Assembly: GCA_028534125.1 (NCBI GenBank)
Contig: CM052818.1
Span: 16,370,001 to 16,434,000, forward strand
Reading direction: 5' to 3'
Source of the DNA: Lama glama
Lineage: Eukaryota
DNA: 64,000 nt
A program made the position numbers and the translations under genes. Position 1 is the first letter of the stretch; the number at the start of each line of letters is the position of its first letter. Shown in pieces: positions 38,920-50,715 of this stretch. The notes beneath the pieces were generated by a model that made no database searches, was not told where the DNA came from, and saw only the letters and a program-made list of their open reading frames with translations.

Positions 38920-40545
38920 GAGTTTCCAGTCAGGATGGCAAAATAGTTAAGACCATGAGCTCAACTCTTCTCACGATCATAACAAAACCAAAACTGACTG
39001 CTAAACAACCATCAATTGAAAAAAAAGACTGGAACCTACCAAAAAAGATCTTCAACTGAAAACATAAAGAGGGAACCACAGCAGGATGGTAAAAGGGGCT
39101 TGCTCATGATATAATTGGGTCCCATATCCCCCAGGTGGACAACCCACAAGCTGGAGAAAAATTATACTGCAGAGGCCCTCCTACAGAAGTGGGAGTTCTG
39201 AGGCCCATGTCAGGCTCCCCAGCCCAGGGTTCCAGCATTACGAGGAGGAGCCCCCAGAGTACTTGGTTTTGAAGGCCAGTGAGGCTTAATTGTTGGAGCT
39301 CCACAGGACTGGGGGAAACACAGACTTCATTCTCTTGGGAAGTGCACACACAGAATCTCGTATGGCCAGGACCAAGGTCAGAGAAACTTGATTTCATAGG
39401 AAACTGGGCCTACCAGCCTGCTAGTTTTGGAAGGTCTCCTGGGGAGGTGGGGAGCGGCTGTGGCTCACCCTGAGGACATAAAAGCTGGCGTTGGACATTG
39501 GGGGAGTATTCATCTAATTCCTGGAGGCTGACATCTTGCTTGGGTCATTAATGCCAAGACCTGGCCCCACCCAACAGCCTGTAGGCTTAAGTGATGAGAA
39601 GCCTCAAGACAAACAGCATCCTGAGTGGAAGCACAGCTCCACCCATCAGCAGACTTCTTGACCCCACAGCTGCCTCTAGACACTACCCTGCCCACCAGAG
39701 GACCACGACCCAGCTCCACGCATCCCTCTTGCCAGGAAACCTGCACAAGCCTCTAGTCCAGCCTCATCCACCAGGAGGCAGACACCAGAAGCAAAAAAAT
39801 CACAATAATCCCACAGTCTGTGGAAGGAGTCCAAAAACACAGGCCAGACTCTGCTCTTGGACCAGCTAGATCCTGGCCCTTGAGTGATAGGAAGGGAGTA
39901 CACCACTAGGACATGTACATAAGACATCTCATACAGAGGGCCACTTTTCCCTGGTCAAGAAAAGTAACTAATCTATGTAATAATTCACTGAAATGTAGAC
40001 AAAATGAGATGGCAGAGGAATACTCCAGGCAAAGGCACAAGATAAAATCTTGGAAAAAGAAATAAGTGATGAGGAGACAGACAATCTAACCCAGAAAGAG
40101 TTCAGAGTAATGATTGTGAAGATGATCAGAGAACTCAGGAGGAGATCAGAGGAACAGAGCAAGGTTCTTAAGTAAAGAATTAGAAAATACAAAGAACAAC
40201 CAAACAGAATTGAAGAATGAATTACTGAAATGCATAATATACTAGAAGGAACCGAGAATAGATTAAATGAGTCAGAAGAATGGATCAGTGAGCTAGAAGA
40301 CAAAGTAGTGGAAATCACTAACACAGAACAAAGATAAAATAATAATGAAAAGAAATGAGAATAGTTTAAGAGACCTCTGGGACAACATGTACTGCACTAA
40401 TATTCACGTTATAGGGGTCCCAGAAAGAGAAGAGAGAGAGAAAGGACCTGAAAAAATATTTAATGAGATAATAGCTGAAAACTTTCCTAACTTGGGAAAG
40501 GAAACAGTCACCCAAGTCCAGGAAGTGCAGAGAGTCCCATACAGC
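38920..40545 (+). mobile_element. Cetartiodactyl-type L1 5'UTR plus N-terminal part of ORF1 (decayed, 3' part missing)
   Basis: caggatggca start, GC-richer 5'UTR, ORF1 ATG at 40004 (MRWQRN...); ORF 40345-40584 reads NENSLRDLWDN...IGVPEREEREKGPEKIFNEIIAENFPNLGKE...QEVQRVPY, which is L1 ORF1p. Confidence 0.9.
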
Positions 40546-40690
40546 ACAGACACTATAAAACAATTACTATTTGCATCAAATTAGTTTCATTCGTATTCTA
40601 CATATTTCAGTGTGGCTGGGAGTCTCCAGAAGTGTTAAAATCTCATTTATGGAGAAGATTACTACTGTGTAGCATTATCATTGACTTTAA

Positions 40691-40880
40691 GACAGTATAG
40701 TTTGGTGGTTAAAAGCAGACACTGAGGAGTCAAATTGCCTGAGAGCAAATTATTGTCCCACTGCTATGTATTCTTAGACAGGGTATTTAATGACCATGAC
40801 CCTCATTCTCATCCTCTGTAAAATGAAAATAACACAAATCTCATACATTAGTTATGAGATAACATGCCAAAATGTTTAGC
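40691..40880 (+). mobile_element. MIR SINE
   Basis: cagtatagtttggtggttaaaagcagacact start; ctcattctcatcctctgtaaaatg core. Confidence 0.75.
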
Positions 40881-41249
40881 TATTGCTATTTTTTAAATTA
40901 TTTTTGTAAACCGGAATTATTTAATTTAATTTAATTGATAAAGTAATGAAATATTTAAGTAAAATTTAGTAGTATTTTAAAATGTTAAATATTTAAAAAT
41001 TATTATGATGACAAAAAATGCCTTAATGGCACATAGACTGACACCATCATTGGTATTTTTCTTTCCTTTGCCATTTTGAAAAAACAAAACCACATAATGT
41101 TTAATTTGAAAAATACTAACTTGATTAATGTTAATATTAAAGAAAATGGACTGCATTTTAAAATAAAAATAAAAATTCAACTTTGAAAACCATTTATCAA
41201 TGTCTACACTACATATAAACATTCTAAATTAATTAGAAGAGCACAACAC

Positions 41250-41896
41250 CATCCATAAATGAGCTTGCAAAAGCCAGAACCTAAATGTAATTAAACTCCT
41301 AATTCCAGCAATTAAATTACAGAAAATATAGAGCGACAGGGGACAGAGGAACATGGCAAACAAGAGGGTACAATCAGTATAATCCAGACTGAAGAGAATA
41401 CTGAAAATAAACTATCCAGTTGCTTCAATAAGAGGAAAGAAGAAAGAGGCAGAGAGACAAAGAGAGGGTGAGGGGCATGGACTATACATTAAGAGATATT
41501 CAGGATCTAGCAACCAATATCCATGCATGAATTTCTTTCTGACTCTGATTCAAACAAAATATAAAATCTGTTTAAAATAAAACATAAATGTCAGACAAGT
41601 GGAAATCTGAATACAACCTTGGTATTTCTGGATATTATGGGATTACTTTTTGATTTGTAACTATAATGGTAATATGCGTATGTTCTGCAAAATAGACTGG
41701 TTATCTTTTAGAGATATATATGGAAATATTTAAAGATAAAACATTTATAAAATATATAGGAAGAAGAGGGAATGGAATATAATGATCAGGATTGGATTGA
41801 CTGTGACTTAATTGTCATATGGGCAATTAATACGGGCAATAGGTACATTATACTGCTCTATTTTTTAACTTTGAAAATTTCCATAATAGAAAAAAT
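41250..41896 (+). mobile_element. Old L1 (L1MC/L1ME) 3'UTR
   Basis: ctctgattcaaacaaa, cttttagagatatatatggaaatattta, ttgaaaatttccataata end. Confidence 0.7.
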
Positions 41897-42821
41897 ATTT
41901 AAAAGTCATTTAGAGAAATTAGCCAATTTTAGAATTGCACAAATGGTCTATAAAATTAAGCTCTTAAACCTATTCTTCAGACTACGGCCCTATAGTTTAA
42001 AAAAAACTTATACTGAGTTATAGCTATACGCATATATAGGTATAGATAAACTGTTCTCAAATTATGTGTTCTCATATTCTGCCATATATCATTTTCAATT
42101 AACTGGGGCCAAAATAACCCACTGCCCTTAACTACTAACGACAGCTACTTTATTTCTTTGAATTATCCAGATAGTTTCCCTAATGTTCACATATGCTTTA
42201 AGCATGTACAGATACTTAGCAAAGAACAACCTTAGGAATTCTTTATCAATCCATGAATTACAAACATTATCTTCCACTGTGCTAAGAAGGAATAGTGACA
42301 TTTTGTGAAGAGAAAAATGTGTCTGCTGAAGAAAGCTGGTTAGTAAGCTTAACAAGACAATTTATTTTTCTAGAAATAGTTTTAAATCAAATGTGCTAGG
42401 TATAGTCCATGCACAACACTGTGACACATGATAAGGATCACAAGATTAAATCTTAGGGCTAGGTTAGGCTTGGATAATTTTCCGTCACAGTCAGTGTCAA
42501 GGGAATGGATACATTTCATGCCACTTCCCTTCCGTATACATTTTTCATAATGGGGAAAATAGGTAAAAGAACATTTTAGCATTTTAGTTATTTACAAATA
42601 CTGTGTTATAATACAAAAGTCAATGTATAATTTTAACCCAAGAAAAAAAGTAAAGCTTTATTAGACACAATGAATTCCTAATAAATTAATGTATCTTCAT
42701 CAAGCACCTGTCCTGTGAAAGGTGCCATCATAATTATAAAGTTATATAATATCAGAATTTGGCTCTCATGGAGCTCATGGATCACAGTTATAACAAATAT
42801 ACACAAATACATACACACCCT

Positions 42822-43300
42822 TATGGCAAACATGGCTCACAGGCTTTCCTCATATCCATCTCTCTTTCTCAATTACTGATGGCAATACGTCCAGACAAAA
42901 TGCCTCCCCAGAATCATTTACAGGTAGGAGCCACATGACGATTCTTTCTAACAGGATACAAAGCAAAATCATGGTTTTATTCTTCTGTGAAAGCATTTTA
43001 AAAAAGAATAGATTCCCTAGCAGCCCCATTTCACTCCTTGCAGTTTATTCTTCTTCCTGCCTAGAAAATGGGGACAAGACCTCAGAGTATAGGAGCCATG
43101 TTTTGATCATGGAGAAAGAAGCTGCACATTAAAACAAGAAGAGTAGGAACTTAGAAGGAGTTTAGGTTCCCATTCCCACACTCGACCCTGGAATTCCTGA
43201 ATCATCCTAGGACGCGTACTTCTGGTTTTCATATTATGTAAGATTAATACAACTGATACTTTTTTAGGCTACTTTTTTGGAGAATAGAGTGTCTATCAAA
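42822..43300 (+). mobile_element. MaLR LTR (MLT1J-like)
   Basis: ggagccacatgac, cttcttcctgcctagaa, ggagccatgttttgatcatggag, tacttctggttttcatattatg motifs. Confidence 0.6.
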
Positions 43301-43759
43301 ACAAATATGGGTATAATAAATTACACATATATAAAATTTTACATTAAATATACATAATTTATTAAATATAGTGAAATTTTATACAAATTTATAATATTGA
43401 GAGTCAGTATCTAATGTGTCATTTTCACAACTACCAAACTCCATTTAAATTCTGAATATATATAATCAAATAGAGTCATTTATATACTCATACATATATA
43501 GTCATACACACAAGTGCATTATACATAGATATATACACAAATATATAAACCTGCCTAGGGATTGTTTTATGATAATTCATGGATATGGCCTTCGTGACTG
43601 CCTGTCAGCTCTATTCTGTACACAACCATTATTATTCCATAGGAGAAAATCTGTGCTAATACTACATTATCACATAAGGAAACTGACTAAATAAATCGAG
43701 TTTGCACTCATGCAATAGGGAATCAATCAAAATCAATGAGCATTTTAAGAAAGAACAGT

Positions 43760-44218
43760 TGCAGAATACTACAAGCATGAGTACATACTAATTTATGTAT
43801 CAGCATTTTTAATGCAGCAATACAACAGAAATGAGTGTATTAAAATGAGCACATCAAAATGGGAATGATTGAATAAATCATGATATATATGTATTGTAAA
43901 CATTACACTGTAATTAAAGCAGATGTATTAGATATATGGAAACATGTTTTGTGTTACCTTAAGACTCCACTTTCAAATGCTGTACATATATGTTTCTGTG
44001 TTTGTGTGTATACATATATATATATGTATACATATATATATAAAATGTGTATGTGTATAATAACTATACCTTAGCATGGAAAAAGAAGGATGCCCACCAT
44101 AGTGATGAGTTCAGAGAGTTCAAGGCAGTGGGATTGGAGGTTAGGCAGTTGTGGAAAATTAGTATTTTATTATACAGTTTTTGCTTTTTGCATTATTTAA
44201 CTTACAATAAATATGCCA
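43760..44218 (+). mobile_element. Old L1ME-type 3' fragments with embedded (TA/TG)n
   Basis: atgggaatgattgaataaatcatgatatat...ctgtaattaaa. Confidence 0.5.
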
Positions 44219-44242
44219 TACACACACACACACACACACACA
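44219..44242 (+). repeat. (CA)n microsatellite
   Basis: Direct reading. Confidence 0.9.
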
Positions 44243-45384
44243 TTGAAATACACGCTTAAGAAATAAAAAGAGAGGGATTCTAAAAGACAGCATAATGGTG
44301 GTATTTCAGGGATCACATAGAAGGATTTGTGAAGATGAAGGGGAGTAAACTCCATGCAGGCAACAAACAACATTATGTGAGTACCTGTATATGTGTTTCT
44401 ACAATTAGACACTATTTACCTTCATAATAGATACCAAAATACAAATAACACAGACAAACATACATGCTAAATTTCCATTAGGCTAAATTCTTGACACATG
44501 TCCTTGTTACTATCGTTGTCTTACTATTCTTTTTACCTCTCATATTGCAAATTGATCATAACCTTTGTGTTGGAAAAACGATCTGCCTTGATGCATATAA
44601 TATATGAGGGATGAAAATTCTCTCATTTAAATAACACATCAAGAACACAGGGACAGAGCTTTCATTCTTCACTTGGTGATAATGTAGGGTTTATTTTCAG
44701 GAACTGGTTATGTATCCTGCTCATGGGCACATTTCAAACTCCTTAGTTCTAGGAATTATCAAATATTATCTTCCTTCTTGTACCTTATTTATAACAATAA
44801 ACTCTAGATAGAAGGAGGCTGAGAAGTCAAGTGTCAGAATCTTTCTGGGAACGTTTTATATATGTTGATCTGTTCTTAAAAGATTAAATCTCCTCTTTTG
44901 CCCTCACTCGACCCCACTATGTCTCTCCAAGATCAAAAATCTTTCTCTTTTGCCTCTGAATAGCAATCTTTAAAAACTTGACTGTCAATTATTAATGTAA
45001 ACTATGTTATAAGTTAAAGGTTAAAAGCCACAGCCTTCAGCTAATGTAAAATCAGTAATCATCTACTTGTTTTGAGATCTTATACAAATAACTAATGATT
45101 TAATATTAAAGAACCCCAGCACAACGACAAGTGCAGATGGTCTGAATGCAGCAAAACCCCCAGTTTTTGGACTTAACCATCTTCATGAATTCTTCATGAA
45201 TTTGTGGAAAACACTCATTCACCCAAAAGCTCAGATTCCTTATCCAAGCAAAGTAATAATAATAGTACTTAATTTTCGGGACTGTTTAAACATTAGAACA
45301 GGCACATGCCTTGAACTTGTATGAGATCAATAAAAGTTCTGATCACATATTGTTCTGCCACCCAAATATGGATAAATGTTAATA

Positions 45385-45641
45385 TGATTTCCTAAGTGTT
45401 TACTGTATTACAACACCTGGTATTAAATAGTCATTATGACATTTCTATAAGTGTGTCATATGCATAAACAAATTAAATCTTCATAAAAATCCTAAGAGGA
45501 AGCAGTAAATATTAGCACCATTTACGTACAGGAAACCTGAGGCACAGAGAAGTCAGTAACTCATGGAGCTGGGATTCACACTCTGGCAGTGTAGTTCCTG
45601 GCAGCAATGCCCAAACTCTGAACAACTACAATATACTACCT
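45385..45641 (-). mobile_element. MIR SINE
   Basis: ccatttacgtacaggaaacctgaggcacagagaagtcagtaact...ggagctgggattcacactctggcagt. Confidence 0.8.
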
Positions 45642-46249
45642 AACATGTAACTCATCAGTCTCCCTTTGAAGAGCATCTATCACGTTTAAAGCTTTTTTTT
45701 GGCTAAACAGTTTTGTTGAAATTACATTTTCTATCAAACTTCTTATTCTAGGGCAGCCTGCCCTGGGATTTTAGAGTTAATTCTGTGCTTGGTTTCCAGT
45801 TTTCTAAGTTAGTCTCCTTTTCAAATTTATCTTAATAACCTGAGGCTGCCTTCCTACCACCAGATAGATTTTGCTGGGATCTTTCCTACTTACAGACACT
45901 CTGCTCTCCCAAACCTGCCTTGTTCAACTCTCTCATCCTTTTAGGATTGCAATATCCCTTTCCCAGCTTCATCCTCTAAAGATAACTTATGGAGGTGCAG
46001 AAAGACCTCTCTTTCTGCACAAAAAGGTAGTATCATTAAGTGTAGGCCTACATAGTGTTTTAAGGATAGAGACAGAATAGACTTACTATGATGAACACTG
46101 GAAGCCCTAGAATTTACCTGAACATTTCTGTCTTTTGCAATTTATTTTCAGAATACATACTACATATGAATATTAGAGTTCAATTTGAGGTGAACATATT
46201 CTTGCTCAAATTCAGTATGATATAACTAGAATTTTGAATTCCCTAGATA

Positions 46250-46990
46250 AAGATCCATAAATTTCTAAGGAAAATGTAGGAAGTAAGAATATTATTCTCA
46301 GCCAATTCCTCCCCAAGGTATAAAAGTCAATTAGTTCAATTTTCTAAAACATGAAATTACTTAAGCAGGTGATAAAGATACTTGGAAAAATATGGTCAAA
46401 GAAACTATTATATATATGTATATATAAAAACATACACATACATATATATAAACATGTATGTGAGAGGATATCAAAATGGAATAACATTAAAATACATTGT
46501 AACATAAAACGATTTCAGAATGTCAACACTGTATAACACAGTAGTAAGTACAAGATACAAAGCAAGGTGAAAGAAGAGAGGATCCAAAAGTTCCATATCC
46601 ACATAAAAGAGTTCCAGTAGGTAAGAAGCAAGAAAATGATAGTTTCAGAAAAACTATAAAACAACAACAAATTCCTACATTGTAAGGGCCACTTAGTGCC
46701 ATGCAGGACCACACACAGGAACATAGACACACATATAGGACTCAACATGTAGAAGTGACATCTGAGAAGGTCAGTAATAAAAGAATCCCAAAATATTCCA
46801 GAGAACAACAACAACAAAAAAAACCTCAAAGAATAAAGAATAGATTGGTATAAGAAAATAATTTTCACTAGCAAAATTAATGTGAGAAAAAATGTGGAAA
46901 TATCTTCAAAGAGCTGAGAGAAAAGTAACTCTCAAAACTGAAATCTTTGCCTGGCCAAAATAATAGCCAAGGACTGAGGAAATTAATTAC
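46250..46990 (+). mobile_element. HAL1 or old L1 ORF1-like remnant
   Basis: aagagttccag...tgtaagggccacttagtgcc...atcttcaaagagctgagagaaaag resembles the HAL1/ORF1 region; highly decayed. Confidence 0.5.
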
Positions 46991-47014
46991 ATGTGCAATT
47001 AGGTCAGGAGAGAT

Positions 47015-48090
47015 AAATGGGCAAAAGATCAAAACAGATATCACTCCAAAGATGATAAACAGATGGCAAATTAGCCCATGGTAAAAAAAAAAAGCTCAAC
47101 ATCATCAGTCATTAGAAAAATGACAAATAAAACCATAGTGAGATTTATCCCCACACATTCTAGAATGGCTAAAATTAGGATAACTTACACTGCCATACAC
47201 TTACAAGAATGTAAAATAACTGGACTTCTCATGCATTATTGTTGGGAATGAAAAACAATGCATGCATTCTTTGGTTATTTTTATAAAGTCAATGATCCAT
47301 CAATTATATAAGATACAAATGCTTATGTTTTCAAAAACATACAGAAGTATTTGTAGTATGTTTATTCTTAATCACCAGATCTTCAAACAAGTGAGATATT
47401 TTTCAAACGGTGAACAGATAAACTATGGTACATCTACATACCATAACAGTACTTGGTAAAAAAGAGTTCAAAGATCATGCTCTAACATAAATGAGTTTTA
47501 AATGCATTTTTCTCAGTAAAAGAACCAGACATAAAATTCTACATACTACATAATTCTATTTATATGGCATGCTGGAAATGACAAAATCTAGGGACAGAGA
47601 AGAAAAGACTGGTTAGCAGAGAAGGAAGAGGGGGATGGTTACCTATAAACAAGAAAAACTTTTGAGTGATAAAATTTTCTGTATACTGACTGTGGTGGTA
47701 AAAATATAACTCTATATATTTATGAAATTCCATAGAATCGTGTACCAAAAAGTATAAATTTTCCTACAAAATAACTGACAAGTACTGTTTTAAAAAATGC
47801 CAAAGTTGAGAAGAACAGGGAAAGACTGAGACTCTCTCATGGTACTGGAGAGTCTAAGTAGATATAATAACTAAATACAATGCAGGATCCTGTTTTGGAT
47901 CCTGGAACAGAAAAATGACATTAGTAGAAAAGCTGTTAAAATCAGAAAACAGTCTGTACTGTACAAATATATTAACATATCAATACTAATTTATTAATTT
48001 TGATAATTATACAATGGTTATATACACTGTTAATTGCTGAAAATTCTCTACTATTTTTGAACCATTTTATACTGCTAAATTTAAACATTA
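47015..48090 (+). mobile_element. Old L1 (L1MC/L1MD-like) ORF2 end and 3'UTR pieces
   Basis: aaatgggcaaaagat...gctcaacatcatcagtcattag...; later aactaaatacaatgcaggatcctgttttggatcctggaacagaaaa. Confidence 0.7.
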
Positions 48091-48584
48091 AAATTAATTC
48101 ACAATAGAAAATAATTTAAAATAATTATTTTAAATTTTAAATTTTAAAAAATTTAAAATAATTACATGATCTAAAAATGTTATTGTATTGCATATGAATC
48201 TGTGAGGTATTTCAATTGAAGTTTTCCTGAAAAAGAAATGATGTTATTCTTCAGAAATGAAAAGTTGGTAAAAATGGAAATCTAATAACACATAAAATTA
48301 ATAATAGGTATCATCACTAAGATGAAAATTATAATAATGTTACTTAATTAGAGAGATATTTCATATAGTGAATGAAAAATGTAAATATTGTGAAGATGTC
48401 AATTCCTCACCAAAACAAATTTACTGCAATCTCAAATTTAGTGCAATCTCAATGAAAATGTTAGCAATATTTTTTAATAAATTTTGACTATAGGATTCTC
48501 TAATTTACACATAGGAATAAATGCAAAATAATTAGTCAGCTTATGAATAGTAAGCAGATTCTTGTTAGACTTAAAAATTTTAAA

Positions 48585-49420
48585 CTAATCAATGTGACAT
48601 ATCACATCAACAAAAGGACAAAAATTACATGATCATCTCAATAGATTCAGAAGAAGCATTTTAAAATACAACATAAAATTGAATACCCATTTATGATAAA
48701 AACTCTTACCAAAGTGGGTATAGAGGTAACACATCTCAGCATAATAAGTATTATTTATGACAAACCCATAGCCAACATAATACTCAATGGTGAAAAGTTG
48801 AAAGCCTTCCCACTGAAATCTGGAATAAGAGCAGGATGCCCATTATTTTCACTTTTTATTTTTCAATTGGTTGAAACAAATTTTAAATTCCCAGGTAGTA
48901 TTTTGCTTTTGCTTTATTTTATTTATTTGGTGGTGGAGTGGAGGTATGTAGGTTTATTGATAAAATTTTTTTTTAATGGAGGTACTGGGGATTGAACCCA
49001 GGGCCTCATGCATGATAGGCATGCACTCTACCATTTGAGCTGTACCCTCCCACCTCTTACCACTTCTATTCAACATACTATTGGAAGTCCTAGCCATAGC
49101 AATCAGACAAGAAAAAAGAAATAAAAGGGATCCAAAATGGAAAAGAAGAGGTAAAATTATCACTATACACAGATAACAGTATACTATATATAGAAAACCC
49201 TAAAGCCTCCACACAAAAACTACTAGAGCTGATAAAAGAATTCAGCAAGATAGCAGGTTACAAGATTAACGTACAAAAATCAGTTGCATTTCTTTACACT
49301 AGTGATGAATCAACAGAAAAAGAAAGTAAAGAAACAATCCCCTTTAAAATAGCACCCAAAGTAATAAAATACCTAGGAATAAATCTAACCTAGGAGGTAA
49401 AAGACTCATACATGGAAAAC
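48585..49420 (+). mobile_element. Camelid/cetartiodactyl L1 ORF2 RT region, interrupted by a SINE and running into the gap
   Basis: ORF 48693 [11 protein letters not shown]...[23 protein letters not shown]; resumes at 49052 ([19 protein letters not shown]) and continues to KYLGINL. Confidence 0.9.
48901..49051 (-). mobile_element. Vic-1-type tRNA-derived SINE (camelid)
   Basis: Minus strand GGGAGGGTACAGCTCAAATGGTAGAGTGCATGCCTATCATGCATGAGGCCCTGGGTTCAATCCCCAGTACCTCCA; A box 49031-49042, B box 48989-48998; AAACCTA...TACCTCC tail, then A-rich end. Confidence 0.85.
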
Positions 49421-49920
49421 NNNNNNNNNNNNNNNNNNNNNNNNNNNNNNNNNNNNNNNNNNNNNNNNNNNNNNNNNNNNNNNNNNNNNNNNNNNNNNNN
49501 NNNNNNNNNNNNNNNNNNNNNNNNNNNNNNNNNNNNNNNNNNNNNNNNNNNNNNNNNNNNNNNNNNNNNNNNNNNNNNNNNNNNNNNNNNNNNNNNNNNN
49601 NNNNNNNNNNNNNNNNNNNNNNNNNNNNNNNNNNNNNNNNNNNNNNNNNNNNNNNNNNNNNNNNNNNNNNNNNNNNNNNNNNNNNNNNNNNNNNNNNNNN
49701 NNNNNNNNNNNNNNNNNNNNNNNNNNNNNNNNNNNNNNNNNNNNNNNNNNNNNNNNNNNNNNNNNNNNNNNNNNNNNNNNNNNNNNNNNNNNNNNNNNNN
49801 NNNNNNNNNNNNNNNNNNNNNNNNNNNNNNNNNNNNNNNNNNNNNNNNNNNNNNNNNNNNNNNNNNNNNNNNNNNNNNNNNNNNNNNNNNNNNNNNNNNN
49901 NNNNNNNNNNNNNNNNNNNN
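49421..49920. other. Assembly gap (500 N)
   Basis: Run of exactly 500 N. Confidence 1.
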
Positions 49921-50534
49921 TAAAGTAAAAGCAAAATATGAAACAGCTCTTGAAGTTGAAGTTTTTTAATACAAAAGTAATTGGTCAATATATAGTTTCC
50001 ATGCATATAGTATAAACATGTTCTTTGTTTTTATCACGTGAAGGGATTTTCCATATATTCTTTGAAATAGCTGAAATAGTTTCATGATAAGAGTGTAATA
50101 ATGTGAAAAATGTCAAATGTAGACTAATATAATCAATAAACTGTATAGTATCTGGAAAAATCATAGGCTATAAAACACCCACCTAAGGTTCCAACCTGTC
50201 AGAAGAGTAAGACTTAAATTTGTTTTGTTTTGCTTTGAACTTATGGCCAATTATAAAGTTGCTCTAATAGCCCCATAAGGTAATCAACCAGAATTACCTG
50301 TGTTGCTCATTTTATTAGCATTTACTCTTCAAAGTTTTTTGGTTACCACCAATTTGTAATTGGAAATCTGATTACTTGAGTTCAGATCATGTTTCTCCTT
50401 TTTAGATGAGACAGATTCTCCTTTCATACATGTTCTAAAGAAGATTAGAATAACAACTCTGGTCAAACCCTTACTCATCAATATGTATTTTTTCTACCTT
50501 AATCCTCTAAAATAAAACACTATCCTTGACCCTC

Positions 50535-50715
50535 AAATGGTAGAATTTTAAAATTAAGAATAACATTAAAGTTCAACATTAAGAGCTTTAACATTTTACA
50601 AACTCCTCAGAAAAATCAGGGCCTTGTTCAAGTTCACATAAAATCTTTAAAACTACTACAACCGAATCTTGAACTCTGAATCCAAGGTTACATCCACTAC
50701 ACCATGCTGTCTCTA
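50535..50715 (-). mobile_element. MIR SINE (diverged)
   Basis: cttgttcaagttcacata...ctgaatccaagg...tccactacaccatgctgtctct. Confidence 0.55.

Noticed and set aside
48978..49051. tRNA gene
   Set aside because: Followed by a SINE-type tail and A-rich end and embedded in L1; it is a SINE head, not a tRNA gene
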